From: Candidatus Sericytochromatia bacterium
GTDB taxonomy: Bacteria > Cyanobacteriota > Sericytochromatia > S15B-MN24 > UBA4093
Length of the DNA stretch: 64,000 nucleotides
Assembly: GCA_036676495.1 (NCBI GenBank)
Contig: JAKFCT010000031.1
Span: forward strand, 1 to 64,000
Reading direction: 5' to 3'
Shown: positions 48,549 to 59,055 of the stretch, in pieces
Layout of the letters: every line of letters begins with the position of its first letter
Position numbering within the stretch: the first letter of the stretch is position 1
Program-made: the position numbers and the translations under genes
Notes under the pieces: generated by a model
What the model was told of the DNA's origin: nothing
Databases searched by the model: none
What the model saw: only the letters and a program-made list of their open reading frames with translations

Positions 48549-48923
48549 CTACTTGGCGGTGCGCGCCTTCTCCTTGATGCGGGTGGCCTTGCCGGTCAGC
48601 CCGCGCAGGTAGTAGAGCTTCGCGCGGCGGACGATACCGCGGCGCAGGACCTCGATCCGGTCCAGACGGGGCGAGTGCACGAGGAAGGTGCGCTCGACGC
48701 CGACGCCCTGGAAGACGCGGCGGACGGTGAAGGTCGCGTTGATGCCCGAGCCGCGACGCTTGATCACGACGCCCTCGTAGCCCTGGACCCGCTCCTTGCC
48801 GCCTTCGACGATCTTCACGAAGACCTTGACGGTGTCGCCGGGGTTGATGGCCGGCAGGTTCTCTTTCAGTTGGCCCTTCTCGATGCCATTGATGACATCA
48901 CGGGCGATCAAACGGGTGCTCAT
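48549..48923 (-). CDS. rplS: 50S ribosomal protein L19
   Basis: [36 protein letters not shown]. Confidence 0.99.
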   Translation of the reverse strand: MSTRLIARDVINGIEKGQLKENLPAINPGDTVKVFVKIVEGGKERVQGYEGVVIKRRGSGINATFTVRRVFQGVGVERTFLVHSPRLDRIEVLRRGIVRRAKLYYLRGLTGKATRIKEKARTAK

Positions 48924-49037
48924 TCCCAAATTCTCCCTACTGGTTGGATCTTGGATCTCCGGCGCTTGCCGGCCTGAAAACTAACAAAGGCAGCGATCGC
49001 GCATGGTAACACAAACGACCGCTGCCCGCAAGACTTG

Positions 49038-49067
49038 GGTTTAGGCTGTGGTTAAGCTCGGGTTAAG
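49038..49067 (-). promoter_or_regulatory. Pho-box-like triple direct repeat
   Basis: CTTAACCC-GAG-CTTAACCA-CAG-CCTAAACC, 11-bp period. Confidence 0.55.
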
Positions 49068-49752
49068 TCCCGAGCCGGTAACCGAAGCCCCGCACCGTCT
49101 GGATGTACTTCGGGTTGGAGGGATCCTCCTCCACCTTCTCGCGCAGCCAGCGGATGTGGACGTCCACCGTCTTGGTGTCGCCGTAGAAGTCCAGGCCCCA
49201 GACCTGCTCGAGCAGCTCCTCGCGCGAGAAGACGCGGCCGGGAGCGCCCATCAGCATGGCCAGGATCTTGAACTCCTTGGGGGAAAGCTCGACTTCCCGC
49301 TCGTCCACCATCACGCGGTGCTCCGAGAGGTTGAGCATGATGTTGCCGTGCTGGTAGACCTTCGCCTTCTGATCGGTCTCGGTCGGCTTGGAACGACGCA
49401 GGAGGGCCTTGATGCGGGCTACCAGCTCACGGAGGCTGAAGGGCTTGATCAGGTAATCGTCGGCGCCGACCTCCAGGCCGATCACCCGGTCGATCTCCTC
49501 ACCCTTCGCCGTCAGCATGATGATGGGGATATCGTTCTGCTCCCGGCGCAGCAGGCGGCAGACTTCCAGGCCGGAGAGCTTCGGAAGCATCAGGTCCAGC
49601 ACGATCAAGTTGGGCTTGGCCAGCTGAACCTGCTGCAAGGCCTCCTGACCGTCGTGCGCTTTGACGACTTCGTAGCCTTCCTGAGCCAGCGCGAACTCGA
49701 TCGATTCAACGATCATTTCTTCGTCGTCGACGAGCAGAATCTTCTCGGCCAT
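49063..49752 (-). CDS. OmpR/PhoB-family response regulator (SphR/PhoB-like), orphan
   Basis: REC domain (VDDE, LDLMLP, KPF) and winged helix KTVDVHIRWLREK...TVRGFGYR. Confidence 0.93.
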   Translation of the reverse strand: MAEKILLVDDEEMIVESIEFALAQEGYEVVKAHDGQEALQQVQLAKPNLIVLDLMLPKLSGLEVCRLLRREQNDIPIIMLTAKGEEIDRVIGLEVGADDYLIKPFSLRELVARIKALLRRSKPTETDQKAKVYQHGNIMLNLSEHRVMVDEREVELSPKEFKILAMLMGAPGRVFSREELLEQVWGLDFYGDTKTVDVHIRWLREKVEEDPSNPKYIQTVRGFGYRLGT

Positions 49753-49904
49753 GGGGACTCCTTCTACAAACGGTAGTTCAAAAGGGGCAAACACCCGTCC
49801 GTGTTATTTTACCCCGACTTCGGCAACTTCTTAACCTTGATTGTACTCGGGATCCCGCTTTCTTAAAATGCTTAGGGTTATGTTAGCCTGGAATCTTCAC
49901 TTTT

Positions 49905-50046
49905 TTGTCCCCCCTCGATGGGGGGACCTCGGCGAAGCCGAGAGGGGGGGGTTGGCCGGCGAAGCCAAGGCGTTCCTCGTTACAAGGAACCTGGGAGCAG
50001 TGACACCCCCCTCGGCTTCGCCGGTCCCCCCATCGAGGGGGGACAA
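49905..50046 (-). repeat. Dispersed palindromic repeat, copy 2 (perfect 24-bp terminal inverted repeats)
   Basis: TTGTCCCCCCTCGATGGGGGGACC at 49905-49928 and its reverse complement at 50023-50046; shared core on minus strand. Confidence 0.9.
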
Positions 50047-50073
50047 TATTCGGAACGCCCCCTGTGGGAGCGA

Positions 50074-53000
50074 TTAGAATCTCAACTGCGCCTTCAGCGT
50101 GATCGGCACGTTCACCGAGACCCCATCGAGCTTCCAGTCATAGAGGGCGGGCTGCTGTCCCAGGCCGGGAAGGCCGTTGTCCAGACCCGCCTGCAAGGAC
50201 CAGATCGAGCTCAAGCGGTAGTTCAGGCCCACCTGGTAGTAGTTCTGGGTCGCGTTATCCTGGCCCGTATGGTTCCCGTTGATCGTGTAGCGCGCGTTCA
50301 GCGACAACGGCCCCAGCGGCCGCGTCTGGCCATACAGCGACAGGTTCGGAAGCAGCTCCTGAGCCGCCTGCTGGGCCTGGGTCCCCGAGACCAGATCCAT
50401 GCGGAACTCCTCGAGGAAACGCTTGCTGCCGGTCTCGACCAGCCAGTCGTCGAGCGCGGTGTTCACGAACTGGCCCACCCCGCTCGAGATGAACTCGGTC
50501 ACCTCCCGGCGCAGGATGTCTCCCGTCTGCGGGCCACCGGAATCCCCCCGGAACGTGCTCGTGATCAGGCTCTCCTTGCCCAGGACCTTGAGGATCCGAT
50601 CCTGCGACAGCGGAGGGTTGCTCTCGAAGTTGATCTCCATGTTCGAGAGCGAGCCCGTCACGTGGGCGATCACGTTCAGGTAATCGGGCTCGGCCTTGTT
50701 CTTGACCGCGATGAAGTCTTCCCCGTTGTAATCCCAGACCCGCGCCTGGGCCTTGATGTCCAGGCGCGCGTTGGGAAGCTTGGACTTGCCGCCCAGGCTG
50801 TTCCCCGCCGGAGCCAGGATGTCCATGAAGTCGTCATTCTCCGCCGCCAGGCCCGCTCCCAGGAACTCCACCCGGCCCACGGGATCGGAGACGATCCGGA
50901 AGTCGGTGTTCACCGTGGTGAACGATCCGCTGCGCACCAGGATCACGCCCTTGGGCTGCGGATCGTCGAGCATGCCGTTGACGATCAGGTTCCCGGCCAC
51001 GGTCACGTCCATCTTCATGGTCGCTCGGTCCGTCAGCGCCGAGCCCATCGAGACCTGCACGCCGGTGCCCAGCTGGACCGTCAGATCCTTGAGGGTCACC
51101 GGGATCATCTCGGCGGGGGCCGCCGCGTTGGGGTCCTCGCCGCTGGGCAACTGCACCGTCCCGCGGCTCAGGGCGATGATGCCGCTGATGACCGGATGAT
51201 CCGGCTTGCCGGTCACCTCCAGCGTCGCCCCGGTCATGCCCTGGTAGAGCTTGTTTTTAAGCTTGAGATCGACCTGGTTGACGGAGACCTGGAAGCGCAT
51301 GTCCTGAGGCTTGAATTCCTTGGTCATCGCGAGGTTTCCGGAGGCCACGATGCGCCCGCCGCCGTACTGGGCCGTGGCCCGCTGCACGAGGACGCCCTTC
51401 GGACCGATGCTGGCCGAGGCCACCACGTTGGTGAGGGGCCCTTCCAGCGCCTTGATGCCGATCGACCCGCCCTGGAGATCCAGGCCGCCCGTCAGCTTCG
51501 GCTCTTCGAGCGTCCCGCGCAGCGCCAGCTTCATGGAGCCGGGGCCGCCGAGCCATTCGACTTCGCCCTTGGTGACGACCGACACCAGCCCGAGGCTCTC
51601 GCCGTCGAGGTCCATGTCCATGGTGATCGCATCGTTGCCGGGGGTGGCCGGAAGCGGCAGGCTTCCCGTGATATGCGCCGCCCGCCCGTCCTTGATGATC
51701 TCCGACGACTGGATGGAGAGGCGGCCTTCGGTGTAGAGGGCTTTCGCGCGCGCCTGATCGTAGGCGAACTCGTTGAGGAGACCCTTGTTGACCTCGGCGG
51801 TGATGTCGACATGGGGATCGCTGAGCGTGCCCTTCGCGCGCAGCGTCACGCCGGCGCGGCCTCCGAGAGTCAATTCCTGGGCCTGCATCCACGGGTTGAT
51901 CCAGGCCAGATCCAGCCGATCTCCGTAGACCTCCAGCATCTGATCCGGGCCCAGGATGCCCTTGGCGTAGACGGAGCCGCCGTCCTCGGACGAGACCGAG
52001 AGGTAGGGGACGAGGAGGCGATCGTCCTTCAGCGCCAGCGAGACCTGCGCGGTCTCCAGCCGGTGCCCGTAGGCCTTGCCGTGGCGGACATGCGCGCGAA
52101 GCCGCATGTCCGGAGCGCTCACGGGCCCCGTGATCGCGTAGTCCATGGACAGCCGGCCTTCAAACGCCTGCCAGAACGGTCGGCGCGACGCCAGGAAGAG
52201 CTCGTTCGACGGCAGTGGCTCTTTCTTCGCCTCCTTCCAGTGATCCAGGAGGGGGGCGAACGACGACGGCAGCGTCCCATCGAGCAGCGGCTGGCCTTCC
52301 CGGCCCGGAAGATCGCCCGCCGGAGTTCCAGGCCCCAGCGACGCGTCCACCATCCGGCGGCCGATCCAGGTCCCTCGCAGCAACTGCTGCCAGTGCACGG
52401 CCTCCATGATCTGGCGGAGGTTGGCGTCGATGGTCGTGACGGTCAGATCCGCCACCGGATCCTTTTGCGTGCCGTCGCGGAGCCCCGAGAAGTCGAGGTC
52501 TCCCTTCACCAGGATCTCGGCGTCATCCCCCTGAGAGCCCAGCTCCGGCTTGGCGCGAAGCTCCGGCAGGGTGAGCCGGTCGTGGCCGTAGTAGATGGGA
52601 CCCCAGACCCGCTCCAGCTCTCCGAAGCGCTCGGCGTCCACCTTGGTGGCCTCCACGTCGCCCTTGAGGCGCAGGGCCTGGTTCTGGCTCTCCGCATGGG
52701 CCGTGAGGGTCACGAGGCCGCGCACCATGCCCAGGTCGTGCACCAGGAGGCGTTGCAGCGGCTCGACGTCCCCGGCCTCGACGTCCTTGACCGCCAGGTC
52801 GAAACTGAAATCGGGAATCGATTCGGCGGTCTCCGGCAGCATGAGGTGGCCGGAGCCCGTCACCGAGCCGCCGCCGGTCTTGCCCTCCACCAGGGGAAGA
52901 TCCAGCCGCTTGCCGGCGAAGCTCCAGCGGACCAGCGCCTCGGTGATCTCCTGGCCGTCGATGATGACGCGCGGCCCCATCGCCTTGCCCGAAACCCGGA

Positions 53001-54774
53001 TCGACTCCGGCACCTGGGCGTTGCCCCCGATCAGCCCTTCGGCCGTGACCGAGCCGGCCATGGGAATTTCCACGCCCATCGACGCTAGCCGGTCGAGCGG
53101 GAAATCCACCACCTGGAAGCGGCCCGTGACGCTCCCGCCCTCGTTGCCCATCGCCGTGGCCGTGAGGCTGCCTCCGGCCAATTGGACGAGCGCCTCCGGC
53201 ACCTCCCAGCGCTTCCCGTTCAGATGAAACGCTCCCGAGACCGCCTCGATGTTCTGGGAGGCATAGCCGCCGTTCAGCACTTCGGCCCGTCCCCGGACGT
53301 CCAGGTTCGTCGCCGGTCCCGAGACCACCACGGAGCCCGAGGCCGAGCCCTGCAAGGGCAATGGCGCCTCCAGGTACGGGGCCACCAGCGCGGGAAGGTT
53401 CACGCCCTGCCAGGAAGCGGTGGTCTCCACGTGCAGATCGCCTTCCGGGGTGCCCGGCTTGCCCGTCCCGAAGCGCAGCCGGGTCGCGCCGTCCACCCGG
53501 CCGCCGTGGACGGTGCCGGTCCACGCCGGGATCGTGACGGCCATGTCCTGGTAGCGCACCTGGCCGGAGACCTGCTGGAGGTCCTGCTTCACGATCTGGG
53601 CCTGCGGCACCTGTACGTCCGCCGTCACCACCGGATCGGCCGCGTAGCCGCTCACCTGGCCCGCGACCTCCGCCGTGCCGGAAAGCCCGTACTGATCGAG
53701 ATCCTTCACCAGCGGTTCGAGGGATTTGAGATCCACTCCCTGCGCCGTGTAAGCGATGTCGAGCGTGGGGCCCGTCGTCTTGGAGTTCGGCACCCAGGGC
53801 CGGTCGATCCCCAGCACCTTGCCGGCGCCGGTGACGCGGTTGCCTTCGAGCTGCGCCTGGACCCGCTCGAGGGTGACTTCCTTGAGGTCGAAGCGGGCCT
53901 CGCCCTCGATGGCCTTGACCGGCCTCAGGAGGTTGCGGACCTCGAGCTCGGCTCCTTGCACCTGGACCTGGCCGTTCACGGCGAGGGTCTCGATCCGGGT
54001 GGGATCCTCCCATTTGACGTCGACCTGGGCCTGGGCTTCCCCCCGCGTGGCCCACCAGTCCTGGGAGGGCGCGAGGTAGGTCACCCAGCGCGGGACGTCG
54101 ATCTGGCCGACCTCCGCCGCGACCGCGCCGGAGCCTCCCTTGAGACGGTAATGCCCCTTCACCTGAAGGGGGCTGCTGAGTTCCTTGCCGTTGCCGCTGA
54201 ACGTCAGGACGGAATCGACGAGATCGGCCCGCGCCGAGATGCCCTTCAGGCTCGCCTCGAAGGGGGCCTTGCGCTGGTAATGGTCCGTCCAGCGGATCAT
54301 GCCGCCGTGCGCGACGATCCGGATGGGAGGAAGAAGCGGCGGCTCCCAGGCCTCCCCGGTGGACGGCTTGAACTTGGGCTGGTAGCTGATCTGGCCCCGC
54401 GCGTCGCGCGCGAGGAGGACCCGCGCGCCGTAGACCTCCACCTGGACGGGCTTGTCGCCCAGCTTGAGGATCTCGAGGATCGAGTAGCTGGCGCGCACCT
54501 CGGGGGCGAAGGCGATGAGCGGGGCGTTCTCGGCGTCAGAGCCGTAGACCTTCACGTCGCGAAGGCTCATGCCTCCCCAGAGGGGACCCGTGATCCGTCC
54601 CACCTTGATGGGGACCCCGACGGCCTCGGAGGCGGCGCGCTCGACTTCCACGAGGGCTTCGCTCAGCAGCCGATTGCGGTTCTGATAGGTCCAGACGCCC
54701 AGCGCCAGCAGCACCGCCACGATCAGGGACGTGACGACGAGGAGGATCTGGTTGAGTCGGTTGAAGATGGTCAA
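50074..54774 (-). CDS. tamB: TamB/DUF490-family translocation and assembly module protein
   Basis: N-terminal TM anchor, long repetitive beta (AsmA-like) region, C-terminal ESNPPLSQDRIL motif. Confidence 0.85.
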   Translation of the reverse strand: MTIFNRLNQILLVVTSLIVAVLLALGVWTYQNRNRLLSEALVEVERAASEAVGVPIKVGRITGPLWGGMSLRDVKVYGSDAENAPLIAFAPEVRASYSILEILKLGDKPVQVEVYGARVLLARDARGQISYQPKFKPSTGEAWEPPLLPPIRIVAHGGMIRWTDHYQRKAPFEASLKGISARADLVDSVLTFSGNGKELSSPLQVKGHYRLKGGSGAVAAEVGQIDVPRWVTYLAPSQDWWATRGEAQAQVDVKWEDPTRIETLAVNGQVQVQGAELEVRNLLRPVKAIEGEARFDLKEVTLERVQAQLEGNRVTGAGKVLGIDRPWVPNSKTTGPTLDIAYTAQGVDLKSLEPLVKDLDQYGLSGTAEVAGQVSGYAADPVVTADVQVPQAQIVKQDLQQVSGQVRYQDMAVTIPAWTGTVHGGRVDGATRLRFGTGKPGTPEGDLHVETTASWQGVNLPALVAPYLEAPLPLQGSASGSVVVSGPATNLDVRGRAEVLNGGYASQNIEAVSGAFHLNGKRWEVPEALVQLAGGSLTATAMGNEGGSVTGRFQVVDFPLDRLASMGVEIPMAGSVTAEGLIGGNAQVPESIRVSGKAMGPRVIIDGQEITEALVRWSFAGKRLDLPLVEGKTGGGSVTGSGHLMLPETAESIPDFSFDLAVKDVEAGDVEPLQRLLVHDLGMVRGLVTLTAHAESQNQALRLKGDVEATKVDAERFGELERVWGPIYYGHDRLTLPELRAKPELGSQGDDAEILVKGDLDFSGLRDGTQKDPVADLTVTTIDANLRQIMEAVHWQQLLRGTWIGRRMVDASLGPGTPAGDLPGREGQPLLDGTLPSSFAPLLDHWKEAKKEPLPSNELFLASRRPFWQAFEGRLSMDYAITGPVSAPDMRLRAHVRHGKAYGHRLETAQVSLALKDDRLLVPYLSVSSEDGGSVYAKGILGPDQMLEVYGDRLDLAWINPWMQAQELTLGGRAGVTLRAKGTLSDPHVDITAEVNKGLLNEFAYDQARAKALYTEGRLSIQSSEIIKDGRAAHITGSLPLPATPGNDAITMDMDLDGESLGLVSVVTKGEVEWLGGPGSMKLALRGTLEEPKLTGGLDLQGGSIGIKALEGPLTNVVASASIGPKGVLVQRATAQYGGGRIVASGNLAMTKEFKPQDMRFQVSVNQVDLKLKNKLYQGMTGATLEVTGKPDHPVISGIIALSRGTVQLPSGEDPNAAAPAEMIPVTLKDLTVQLGTGVQVSMGSALTDRATMKMDVTVAGNLIVNGMLDDPQPKGVILVRSGSFTTVNTDFRIVSDPVGRVEFLGAGLAAENDDFMDILAPAGNSLGGKSKLPNARLDIKAQARVWDYNGEDFIAVKNKAEPDYLNVIAHVTGSLSNMEINFESNPPLSQDRILKVLGKESLITSTFRGDSGGPQTGDILRREVTEFISSGVGQFVNTALDDWLVETGSKRFLEEFRMDLVSGTQAQQAAQELLPNLSLYGQTRPLGPLSLNARYTINGNHTGQDNATQNYYQVGLNYRLSSIWSLQAGLDNGLPGLGQQPALYDWKLDGVSVNVPITLKAQLRF

Positions 54775-55175
54775 GAAAACCGCTCGCTATTCCCTGGACT
54801 CGTTCGCAGGCTCCATTATACAAGCCCGAGCCCCCTCTTAAACGCGGTAATGCGCCTCACAGGAGTGTCTCTTCCATGCTTTGACATGGCGTCTCCCCGT
54901 GATGAAGGACGGGTTTCGCCGGCGATTCGTTCCCTTCACGAAGGTTCACACGACCCTCGCTATGCAGATACCAAGCCGCTTCACGAGCGGATATGACCTG
55001 ATTAACCCTCTCTCACTCGCAAAACATAAGTTCACCGCCACCCCCCTTTAGACCCGGGAAAGAGGGGGTAAACGATGCACGGACAGGACGGCCTGAGCGT
55101 TCTGTGAAGGAAGTCTAAGCGTCTCGTCTCGCGGAGTTTCCGCAGGGGATGCAGCGATGAAAGGATTCCCGACGA

Positions 55176-56762
55176 TTGATTAAGCAGCTTGATAGATTCC
55201 GGTCTCGGAAGTCCCTGACCAAACCTGCGCTGGCCGCCTCGGTCGCCGTTCTGATGTTGGCAGGGTGTGGACAGGGCGCCGTCACGGCCCCGGGGATGGG
55301 GAGCCTGGGCAGCGCGGACGGCGTACCCCAGGTCAAGGCCGGCGCGCCGACCGTGAACGGCTCCGGGATCAAGGTCTACGTCAACGACGTCACGCACGCG
55401 GCCAATTCCTTCGTGCTCGCGACCAACCGCAACCACGTCACCAACAACTTCCCCAACGGCGCCGCCAAGCTGGAGAAGCTCAAGGAGCTGCGCCCGCGCT
55501 GGGGGCAGGGCCGCTACATGTACCGGATCGGCCACGGCCCCACCGACGGTCGCCATGACTACAACTACATGACCGGCTACCACTTCGAGCAGCACTGGAA
55601 CAAGGACGGCGGCTACCCGTACGACGATATCCGCAACGGCCTCAAGGAGGCCAACGCGCTGGACGCCGAGCAGCTTCACGTCGTGAACTTCGGCACCGGC
55701 TCTCCCGAGGAGGCGGCGCGCTACGTCTCGTATCTCAACAACCCCAACGACGCCAACCGGGCCAAGTACCCCTACCCGGTCCAGAACGCCAAGTTCTTCG
55801 AGATCGGCAACGAGATCTCCTGGTCCAAGGTCCGCGGCCACAAGGAGTACGCCTCGACCGACATCAAGTACGCCCAGCGGGCCAAGCAGTTCGCCCAGGC
55901 CATGCGCAAGGCGTCGCCGACTCCCATCTCGATCGGGGCCGTCGCCTCGACCAACTCCAACTTCATGGGTGAAGGCTGGGCCCCAGGCGCGGCCGGCGTC
56001 CGGAACATCCTCCAGACCATGGGTGACGACGTGGACTTCCTGATCTACCACGGCTACCCCAGCTACCCGATGGCGACCAAGGGCGGCGATCGCCTCAGCA
56101 TCATGGCCCAGAACGCCTGGAACGAGCGGAAGTACACCAAGGAGATCATCCCGGCCATCAAGCAGTACGCGAAGAAGCCCGTGCGGCTCGCCAATACCGA
56201 GTTCTTCACCGAGATCTACAACGACGTCAAGCTCGCCCGCGGCATGTTCGGAGCCCTCTACGCCGCCGACACCGTGACCCTCGCGATGAACCTCGACATG
56301 CTGGTCGCCAACCAGTTCGGCCTCGATCACGGGGACATGTCGGACGCCTCGTTCTTCGTCGGCAACGACCCCAACCGGGTCACCACCATCTTCATGTTCC
56401 AGAAGATGCTGGCCGAGCACTGGGGCGACGGCATGCTCAAGACCGAGGGCGTGAACATTCCGACCCAGTTCGTGAAGGGATCCTCGGATTCCATCGACAT
56501 GCCCAAGCTGGCCTATACCGCCTCCAAGGGTAGGAACGGCAAGATCTACGTGATGGTCACCAACCGCACGAACGACTCCGACGTGACCACCAGCGTCGGG
56601 CTGGGGCTCACCCCCCGCTCCGTCGCGGCTTACGAGCTCAAGGGCCCGTCGGGCTGGAACTCGGACCACCATGACGCCGCGGTCACGACCAAGCAGGTGA
56701 GCCTGGCCCGCCCCTACACCTTCCCGAAGGCCTCGATCACCATCCTCGAGATCACCCCATAG
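55176..56762 (+). CDS. Clan GH-A glycoside hydrolase lipoprotein (GH51/GH79-like)
   Basis: Lipobox LAGC; FEIGNE acid/base, LANTEF nucleophile; C-terminal beta-sandwich ending FPKASITIL. Confidence 0.75.
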   Translation: MIKQLDRFRSRKSLTKPALAASVAVLMLAGCGQGAVTAPGMGSLGSADGVPQVKAGAPTVNGSGIKVYVNDVTHAANSFVLATNRNHVTNNFPNGAAKLEKLKELRPRWGQGRYMYRIGHGPTDGRHDYNYMTGYHFEQHWNKDGGYPYDDIRNGLKEANALDAEQLHVVNFGTGSPEEAARYVSYLNNPNDANRAKYPYPVQNAKFFEIGNEISWSKVRGHKEYASTDIKYAQRAKQFAQAMRKASPTPISIGAVASTNSNFMGEGWAPGAAGVRNILQTMGDDVDFLIYHGYPSYPMATKGGDRLSIMAQNAWNERKYTKEIIPAIKQYAKKPVRLANTEFFTEIYNDVKLARGMFGALYAADTVTLAMNLDMLVANQFGLDHGDMSDASFFVGNDPNRVTTIFMFQKMLAEHWGDGMLKTEGVNIPTQFVKGSSDSIDMPKLAYTASKGRNGKIYVMVTNRTNDSDVTTSVGLGLTPRSVAAYELKGPSGWNSDHHDAAVTTKQVSLARPYTFPKASITILEITP

Positions 56763-56782
56763 AACGGCCGCAGGCCGATGCG

Positions 56783-56880
56783 TTGTCCCGCCCCCCCTTG
56801 ATGGGGGGGCGCCGGCATAGCCGGCAGGGGGGTGTTACTGCCCCAGGTTCCTTGCCCCCCGTCAAGGGGGGGCAAGACAA
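56783..56880 (+). repeat. Dispersed palindromic repeat, copy 3 (shorter)
   Basis: TTGTC...GACAA ends, C-run/G-run hairpins, core GGGGGGTGTTACTGCCCCAGGTTCCTT. Confidence 0.8.
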
Positions 56881-57006
56881 GGAAGATGAGGCCGAATCCC
56901 CGGCCCATGTTTGGCGGGTTCCGCCAAGGCGTTTCTTCCTGCCGTCCCCTAGGCTGGTCTGCGGAGTTCCCTTCGGCGCAAGTTGCCGATCAACCGGGAG
57001 GGTGCC

Positions 57007-58740
57007 ATGCCGATTACTCGTTCTCCCTGGAGTCAGGTGCGTTCCAGCCTGGAGACCACCGTGGGCGACGCGATCATCGAGACCCTGATCGACTGGGGCA
57101 TCGACACGGTCTTCGGCATCCCCGGCGACAACGCCGACGGCCTCATGGGCGGCCTGCTGAAGCACCGGGACCGGATCCGCTTCGTGCTGGTCCGGCACGA
57201 GGAGAACGCCGCCTTCATGGCGACGGCGCATTACAAGCTGACGGGAAAGATGGCCGCTTGCCTCACGACCGCGGGGCCGGGCGCCTTCCATCTCATCAAC
57301 GGCCTCTACGAGGCCTTCCATGACAAGATCCCCGTCCTGGCCCTGACCGGCAATGCGGACAGCTTCGCGATCGGCACCGATCAGGTGCAGGAGTTCATCC
57401 CGGAGAAGGACTTCGCGGGGTGCACGGTCTGGGCGCGGATGCTCGCCGGCGCGAAGAACGCCCGGATCGTGACCTCCAGCGCGATCCGCACGGCGTATGC
57501 CCGCAGCGGGCCGGCGTTACTTTCCGTGCCCGTGGACATCGGGCTGGCGGTCTTGCCCAAGGAGGCCCCGCGGGCCGATCACCAGTTCTCGCCGCCGACC
57601 CTGGTGCCGGATCCCGAGATGCTCGCGCGGATCGTGGAGGCCCTCGATCGCAGCGAGCGGCCGATCCTCATGATCGGCCGCGGCACCTGGGGGTTGGGGC
57701 ATGCGCTCGTGCAACTGGCCGACAAGCTCGGAGCCCCGATCCTCAAGGCGCTCTGGGGCAAGGAATCCGTTTCCGACGACGATCCCCATGTCCTCGGCGG
57801 CCTGGGCCTCCTGGGCACCCGGCCATCGGTCGAGGCCGTCGCGCAGGCGGATCTCCTGCTGCTGCTGGGGACGTCCTTCCCGTACACCGACTTCCTGCCC
57901 GATCCCGGCCGCTGCCTGGTGATCCAGGTGGATCAGGATCCCTCTCAGATCGGCAAGCGCTACCCCGTGGATCTCGGGCTCTGCGCGGATGTGCACCGGC
58001 TCGTGCCCGAGCTGCTGGCGCGGGCTCGCCGCCACGACGATCGGCGCTGGCTCGGGGGCCTCCAGAAATCCCGCGCCCAGTGGAACGCGCTCATGGAGCG
58101 CCAGGCGACCAGCGACCGCACGCCCATGCGCCCCCAGGTCATGGCGCGCGCCCTGAGGGCCTGCGCGGCGGAGGACGCCATCATCGTCACCGATTCCGGG
58201 GCCAATACCGTCTGGATGGCGCGCAACTTCTTCGTCAACGGCCGGCAGCGCTTCATCGGCTCCGGCCTCATGGCCACCATGCAGTGCGGGCTTCCCTATG
58301 CCATCGGCGCCAAGTTCGCCTGTCCCGACAAGCAGGTGATCGCGGGCCTGGGCGACGGGGACTTCGTCATGTGCATGGGGGAGTTCACCACGGCCGTGAA
58401 GTACCAGCTCCCCATCGTCGTCTGCATCTTCAACAACTCCAAGCTGGCGCTGATCAAGTACGAGGAGATGGTGGCGGGAGTGCCGGAGTTCGGCATCCAC
58501 TTCATCAACCCGGACTTCGTGAAGTTCGCGGAGGCCTGCGGCGGCTTCGGGGTTCGGGTCGAGGATCCCCGGGACGCCGAGGATGCGGTCAGGGCGGCGA
58601 TCGCCTCCGGCAAGCCCGCCCTGATCGACGCCATCGTCGAACCCAACGAAGTCCCCTTCCCGCCCAAGATCGAGCGCGGCCAGGCCACCGGCTTCGGGAT
58701 CGCCTTCCTGCGCGAGCAGTTCGCCAAGATCACCGAGTAA
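57007..58740 (+). CDS. ThDP-dependent enzyme, pyruvate oxidase/PoxB-like
   Basis: FGIPGD, RHEENAAF, GPGAFHLINGL, GDGDF...FNN. Confidence 0.92.
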   Translation: MPITRSPWSQVRSSLETTVGDAIIETLIDWGIDTVFGIPGDNADGLMGGLLKHRDRIRFVLVRHEENAAFMATAHYKLTGKMAACLTTAGPGAFHLINGLYEAFHDKIPVLALTGNADSFAIGTDQVQEFIPEKDFAGCTVWARMLAGAKNARIVTSSAIRTAYARSGPALLSVPVDIGLAVLPKEAPRADHQFSPPTLVPDPEMLARIVEALDRSERPILMIGRGTWGLGHALVQLADKLGAPILKALWGKESVSDDDPHVLGGLGLLGTRPSVEAVAQADLLLLLGTSFPYTDFLPDPGRCLVIQVDQDPSQIGKRYPVDLGLCADVHRLVPELLARARRHDDRRWLGGLQKSRAQWNALMERQATSDRTPMRPQVMARALRACAAEDAIIVTDSGANTVWMARNFFVNGRQRFIGSGLMATMQCGLPYAIGAKFACPDKQVIAGLGDGDFVMCMGEFTTAVKYQLPIVVCIFNNSKLALIKYEEMVAGVPEFGIHFINPDFVKFAEACGGFGVRVEDPRDAEDAVRAAIASGKPALIDAIVEPNEVPFPPKIERGQATGFGIAFLREQFAKITE

Positions 58741-58742
58741 GG

Positions 58743-58916
58743 CTAGTCTCTCCTCCGGTTCAGCCAGAACGCCAACCCGCCGGCCGCGAGCGTCGCCACC
58801 AGCGCGGCGCCCCAGCGCCGGCGGTGCATGCGCTGGTAGACCCCGAGGTAAGGCAACATGCTCACGCCCTCTTCGATCGGGTTCCGGGCTTCCCGCGCTT
58901 CCCGCAAGGTCTTCAT
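58743..58916 (-). CDS. Small membrane protein
   Basis: 57 aa, GGAGG RBS, one hydrophobic helix flanked by Arg clusters. Confidence 0.5.
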   Translation of the reverse strand: MKTLREAREARNPIEEGVSMLPYLGVYQRMHRRRWGAALVATLAAGGLAFWLNRRRD

Positions 58917-59055
58917 GGCTCCACCTCCCCCCACGTCGTCGCGTCCAGCATAGGGAGCCGGGAGGGGGACGGCAAGCCCCGTCCGGGCGTTACGGTCCCG
59001 GCGGGGAGAATCCAGCCATCGCGGGCCTCCTTGTGAAACCGCCGCACCGCGGGCG

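Noticed and set aside
29730-53088. Very long opposite-strand ORFs (29730-32726, 39805-44538, 49918-53088)
   Set aside because: They overlap the giant lipoproteins or tamB, have no motifs and show composition typical of antisense frames.
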